A DNA stretch of 64,000 nucleotides, from contig JBDREQ010000076.1 of assembly GCA_043819555.1 (NCBI GenBank), forward strand, positions 67,439 to 131,438, given 5' to 3'. The position numbers and the translations under genes are program-made. Shown piece by piece: positions 59,585-64,000 of this stretch (within the stretch, counting starts at the first letter, position 1; each line of letters starts with the position of its first letter). Origin of the DNA: Candidatus Zixiibacteriota bacterium (GTDB lineage Bacteria > Zixibacteria > MSB-5A5 > GN15 > JAAZOE01). The notes under the pieces were generated by a model. The model did no database searches, had not been told where the DNA came from, and saw only the letters and a program-made list of their open reading frames with translations.

Positions 59585-59752
59585 TGGAGGTGGGGGGATT
59601 CTCCAAGACGCATTCTCATAACATGTTGACGTACTACATATTACGCCATAACGCCTTAATCGGGAGTCATTTAGGTATTTTTATTTGTTTGTATATGTTT
59701 TTGTTTGTTTTTATCTGTTTTGGTGCCGTGTGGTCACAAAATGGGCACAAAA
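59585..59752 (-). mobile_element. Putative att junction of an integrative element (tmRNA/tRNA 3' fragment, IHF-like site, arm-type repeats)
   Basis: Minus-strand GAATCCCCCCACCTCCA; GTCAACATGTTA; tandem TGGTCACAAAA/TGGGCACAAAA. Confidence 0.6.
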
Positions 59753-59754
59753 TG

Positions 59755-59779
59755 AAAAGGGCTTCAAGTGAAGCCCCTT
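59755..59779 (-). terminator. Intrinsic terminator after LVIVD gene
   Basis: GGGCTTCA/TGAAGCCC hairpin followed by TTTT on minus strand. Confidence 0.7.
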
Positions 59780-59862
59780 ACTATTCATCCAATGAAGTTA
59801 CGTCGGGTTGTTAGGCTTACTAACATTTCTCAATCTTTATTGTTCCCCAAAAATTAATACCC

Positions 59863-62800
59863 TTACTCACACCCCGCACATGGTGCCAGGCCGCCTTTGA
59901 AGATGTGAGCAATGAGATAAACAGCATCCGCGATATTTGCTATTTCATCGCAGTTGGAGTCTCCACCTTCATTAGGTTCGGGACAAGGACCTCCCTTAAA
60001 TACGCAAGCGATAATGTAAACAGCGTCCGCTATATTTACGTCACCGTCATTATTAGCGTCGCCGCAAATAAACTGACAAGCATCGCCAATTCCGTCGCCT
60101 TCACTATCCCATTGGCTGAAGTTTGGGATTGATGGGCAATTATCACACGCATCAGGAATACCATCATTATCTAAGTCAGCATTTACGGTGGGAACGGTAA
60201 ATGCGGCATAAATACCTGGCTCAAAAATATCTGTGGAAATGATATTAAGAAGGGTATCAGGTTCTCCTCCTATCAATTCCCATTGAGAAATTGATTGATT
60301 CCAGTGAAATAATTGGATTGCTGATTCCATTTGACATGCCGCCATTTCTGCCCCTGGTATCTTTAATGGGTTGTATCTGATACTGATTTGATTATTTCCC
60401 TTCAGGCTGACCGCAGGGTAAATCGATAGGCTGTGTGTCTGACCGATTTGTAGAGAAGTACTATCTAATCCATCCCTAATTACCGGATATTCTGTCGATA
60501 GAATCATTATCTTTTCTATACTGTTGACTACATCTATTGTAAACCCACAACATCCGTTGGAAACTGTATTTACACTTGAAGTAATTACAGAATCGGCATC
60601 CTCAATAATATATTGCGCATTAAAAAAGAACTCCGTTTCGGTACTATCTATGGCCTTGACAGTAAAGGTGCCACTGTTACTGAGAGGGTCGCTTATCACC
60701 ACCGAGTAGGCGGTTTCATCATAAGAACACACCTGAGAGTAGTGGCCCCCCTCATCCGTGTATATACTTAATGACGGCAATGAAGTAAAAACCTGATCTG
60801 GTATCATTTTAAAGATACCGTTATCGGACGTAGCCAGTTCAAAATCGCATATCAATGGATAATACCCTTCCACCTCGTACATTTCCATTGTAATAATGTC
60901 TAATTCAGATGTATTCTCCTTGGTGACACAGGTTGAAGCTGCAGAACTGCTATAAAGCCAGACAATATTGCTATTTGATAACTCATCTATAATTATTCGT
61001 CCGGCAGCATAAATCTCATCGCCATCATTATAACCCAAACATCGAATTCTTCCTTCATATGGTTTGTCTGCGGTTTTGCCTTGATAAATCGCTTTGCCTT
61101 CAGAATTAAGCAGACTAACATCTATATTTGGAATCTCTACCCACCGCCATATCAGACTCCTTACGGTTACACCAACAGTCCTAGCGCCGCCATCAAAGTC
61201 AATAATTGCATCTGACGACGGGATCAATGCGCCAACGTCATAGTTTAGATTATTCATATCATTGTTTGGCCCCGGAAAAAACCCACCGACAGGTTGATTT
61301 AATTCAACGAAAATACCGTCGTATGTTCCATTGAATTGTTGCGCAAGATATTCCCAGCATGATGAGTTATATCGCTCCACCCACTGCATTGTATTTCTCT
61401 CCTCAACGAAGATATCCTCGTAAAATTCAAATGAGGATATTTCGGAATTTGTATCGTTGGGAGTTAAATATTGATCGTTCCAATATATATTATAATCCAT
61501 CATTCCATAGTTGCGAGGATATGTAGCGGTATATTTCCCGGTCGGATATTCATCACCCAATCCAAGTAGATAGTGTCCCATTTCATGAGCAAGCGCTCTT
61601 GAAGGGGGATAAATATATTCTGTTCCATTCCATTCTGTTGTGCCAATAGACCAGTTGTACGGATAATAAATATCATCGTAAGTAAGATTGCGATTACCAT
61701 TTAGGAATTCATTTGAATATACTATGCGTGTAAATTTTATTCGACCATTCCGATGTATTCCTCCACCTTTTTTATCATTCGGTATTTCAATAGTAATAGT
61801 TCCCGAAGGGGTAAAGATGTTGTTCGCATAAATTTGTACATCGGCAACCGTCCAATTTACTTTGTCATCATATATTTTAATTGTGTCCAGTCGTATCTGC
61901 CCATTGGTGACATCATACAGATAATTACTTGCATACTTAAAACCATCAAGCAGACTTTGAAGATAGTCAAAATCGGCATCCCATTGAACCGACACAACTA
62001 AATTGTAGCAAAACGTCGAATGATCTACTGAAATAACCTGACCATCAGTTCCCTCAAATACGTCGAATGATAAGTCTCCAGTTACATAATCAAATTCGGA
62101 ATTATCTATTGTAAGCGTATACATTGTACTTAGTATATTCTGATGCTTGGTAGCAGGCTGGTTATGAACCTGACGTTCTAACTTTATCATTTCGCCTGCA
62201 CTAAACCACTCCTCGGGTATTAAGATGGCGCCTTCAGCATCTGTTATTAGTTCGCCAAGATCTTCTTCCGACAAATTCGGTTTTGAATATGTCGGCCTTG
62301 ATACTTTAAAAGTCTTTCCTTCAGGAATCGCAATATTATTCGCATCCGTTATATAAATTAACTTATCCTCCGGTAATTCGACAGGCAATGACAAGATCAT
62401 AAATCCATCATAATCAGCAAGGTAGGCATAAAGAGGAGACAAACTGATTTGATATGTGTCACCAGGTGTATTATAAGTATTTTCAATGATGGGTATCTGC
62501 GGATCAGTAATATTTACAATGGTTACTCCAGGATATTTACTGGAGACATATAATTTATCATTGACCGCTTTTAGATCTAATGCTTTTCCGCCAAGATTAT
62601 GCCAGTCAATTAATAAAGGTGTGTGTGGATCGCTAATATTAATTATATCAATTCCCCACGTATCAAGGGCAACATACGCAAAATCATCATTGATTTCAAT
62701 TTTTTGAGCGGCAGCTGATGTCGCAATATGTGAGATAAGTTCAATCGAGGATGGTTCGGATACATCAACAATATACACCCCTGGTGTTCCATCTGCAATA

Positions 62801-63860
62801 AATGCATAATTGCCATCTACAGCTACATCTTGAGCGTATCCAGGTGTATCATAGCCTCCTGCGTACGTGGGTGCGTCGGGGATAGTAACATCTAAGATAA
62901 TTAATCCTAAAGTGTAATCGGTTATATAAGCATAATTTCCATAAACAATCACCGATGATGCGTTACTTGGAGTATCATAAGTGAAAGATATGGTTGGCAT
63001 GGATGGATTAGAAATATCGACGATATCGACACCTACAGCTTTTGTAGCCACATAGGCATAATCTAATTCTATAAAGATATCGCTAATATATCCAATTGTT
63101 ACTGCTGTTTGCAATGAGCCAATAACAGCTGGCAAATGGGGATCGGAAACATCAATTACTTTTAATTCTTTCATTAACCCGCAATAAGCGTATCCATTTG
63201 AATATACAACATTAAATACCCCATAATTTATGTACCCACCCAAATACACTGGATCGCCAGGATCATCAACATCGAAAATAGCCAGGCCCCTATGAGTGGA
63301 TAAATATGCATGATCATCTGAAACAGTTACATTAACGGTGTAGCTAATGGGGGATTCCGCATTATAGGCCACCCTGTATGGGGCATAGGGATTGGATATA
63401 TTTATCACATCAAGACCACAACCTGCGGCGATAAATGCGTGATTACCATGAATAATTAATGCCTCATCAGAACAATTCGATAGAACGCTCCCGGCCGCTG
63501 TTGGAGCTGCTGGATTTGATACATTTATGATTCTCAGTCCATTGTCTCTTGTAGAAGTATATACATAATTTCCAACGACAGCTATTCCCACAGTCCAATA
63601 TAAACCTGTATCATACCTACCAACAAATGTCGGCGTTTCAGGTATGCTGATATCGATAATTTCTATCCCGTGATAATATCCGTCGGCAATGTACGCCATT
63701 TGTCCTTGTATTGCTATATCGACCGGAACTCCTAGGGTAGAATATGAACCAACAATAATCGGATTGGCGGAATTTGTAATATTGATGGACAAAATTCCAT
63801 TAACACCGCATGCGACATATACATAATCGCCGGATTTCGCCATTCCGTCGCTGGCCGGAG
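59863..63860 (-). pseudogene. LVIVD-repeat / CLCA-like zincin / TSP3 / dockerin protein, 5'-truncated by IS30
   Basis: About 11 LVIVD repeats; AHEMGHYLLGLGDEY; dockerin ending PCAGCE; begins mid-repeat, no signal peptide, abuts IS30 inverted repeat. Confidence 0.75.
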
Positions 63861-64000
63861 GGTGGATTCACATTTGAAGTGCAACAGTTTATCTCCAAAT
63901 AACTCAGCTGGGGTTCGAAAGTCCAGACATTTCCTTGGAGTGTTATTATAAGCGCAAATGAGTTTGAAGAAGCGATCATCAGTAAGTGTAGCCAAATCAG
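63861..64000 (-). mobile_element. IS30-family insertion sequence, right end
   Basis: Transposase C-terminus YNNTPRKCLDFRTPAELF...LHFKCEST; terminal IR GGTGGATTCACATTTGAAGTGCAACA at 63861-63886. Confidence 0.88.

Noticed and set aside
59584..59814. 76-aa ORF (+)
   Set aside because: Overlaps the att-like site, T-rich tract and terminator; low complexity
59780..59830. Integron attC site (GCCTAAC on minus strand)
   Set aside because: No matching partner box or attC-type palindrome, and no integron integrase
1..64000. CRISPR array or cas genes
   Set aside because: No regularly spaced direct repeats and no Cas motifs seen; the repeats are dispersed palindromes

Overview
Bacterial chromosomal window, most likely from candidate phylum Zixibacteria or a relative. 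This is inferred from three secreted proteins carrying the C-terminal 'CGDANxDxxxNIxDAVxxIxxIFKGGPxP' dockerin-like module. The left third is a minus-strand housekeeping backbone: MATE transporter, tRNA-Tyr/Thr, cysS, M42 peptidase, HAD, ddl, dedA, ispF/ispD, queA, ruvB/A/C, yebC, then ECF sigma/anti-sigma/ybjQ, recN, ASCH-wHTH, dnaG, mutS2, cvpA, yqeY, rpsU, HIT. The rest is largely accessory. It includes a dockerin-cohesin-TSP3 adaptor and two dockerin-bearing zinc metallopeptidases (candidate non-cellulolytic cohesin-dockerin complex), a DEDDh-WYL/DinB/kinase operon, and a HAL-family lyase with Ala-Cys-Gly instead of Ala-Ser-Gly at the MIO site. Also present are a candidate structured RNA, a frameshifted multi-PAS hybrid kinase behind a sigma-28-like promoter, a multiheme cytochrome/YceI/beta-barrel/cytochrome locus, tRNA-Ala, deoB-deoC, a degenerate archaemetzincin coupled to a DUF1998 helicase, and an AT-rich hypothetical+PIN pair. 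At the right end are a probable island boundary (tmRNA-like 3' fragment) and an IS30 end that truncates a large LVIVD/CLCA-like/dockerin gene. At least six families of small palindromic intergenic repeats recur. No CRISPR array or rRNA was seen. All calls come from reading motifs by eye; no searches were run.
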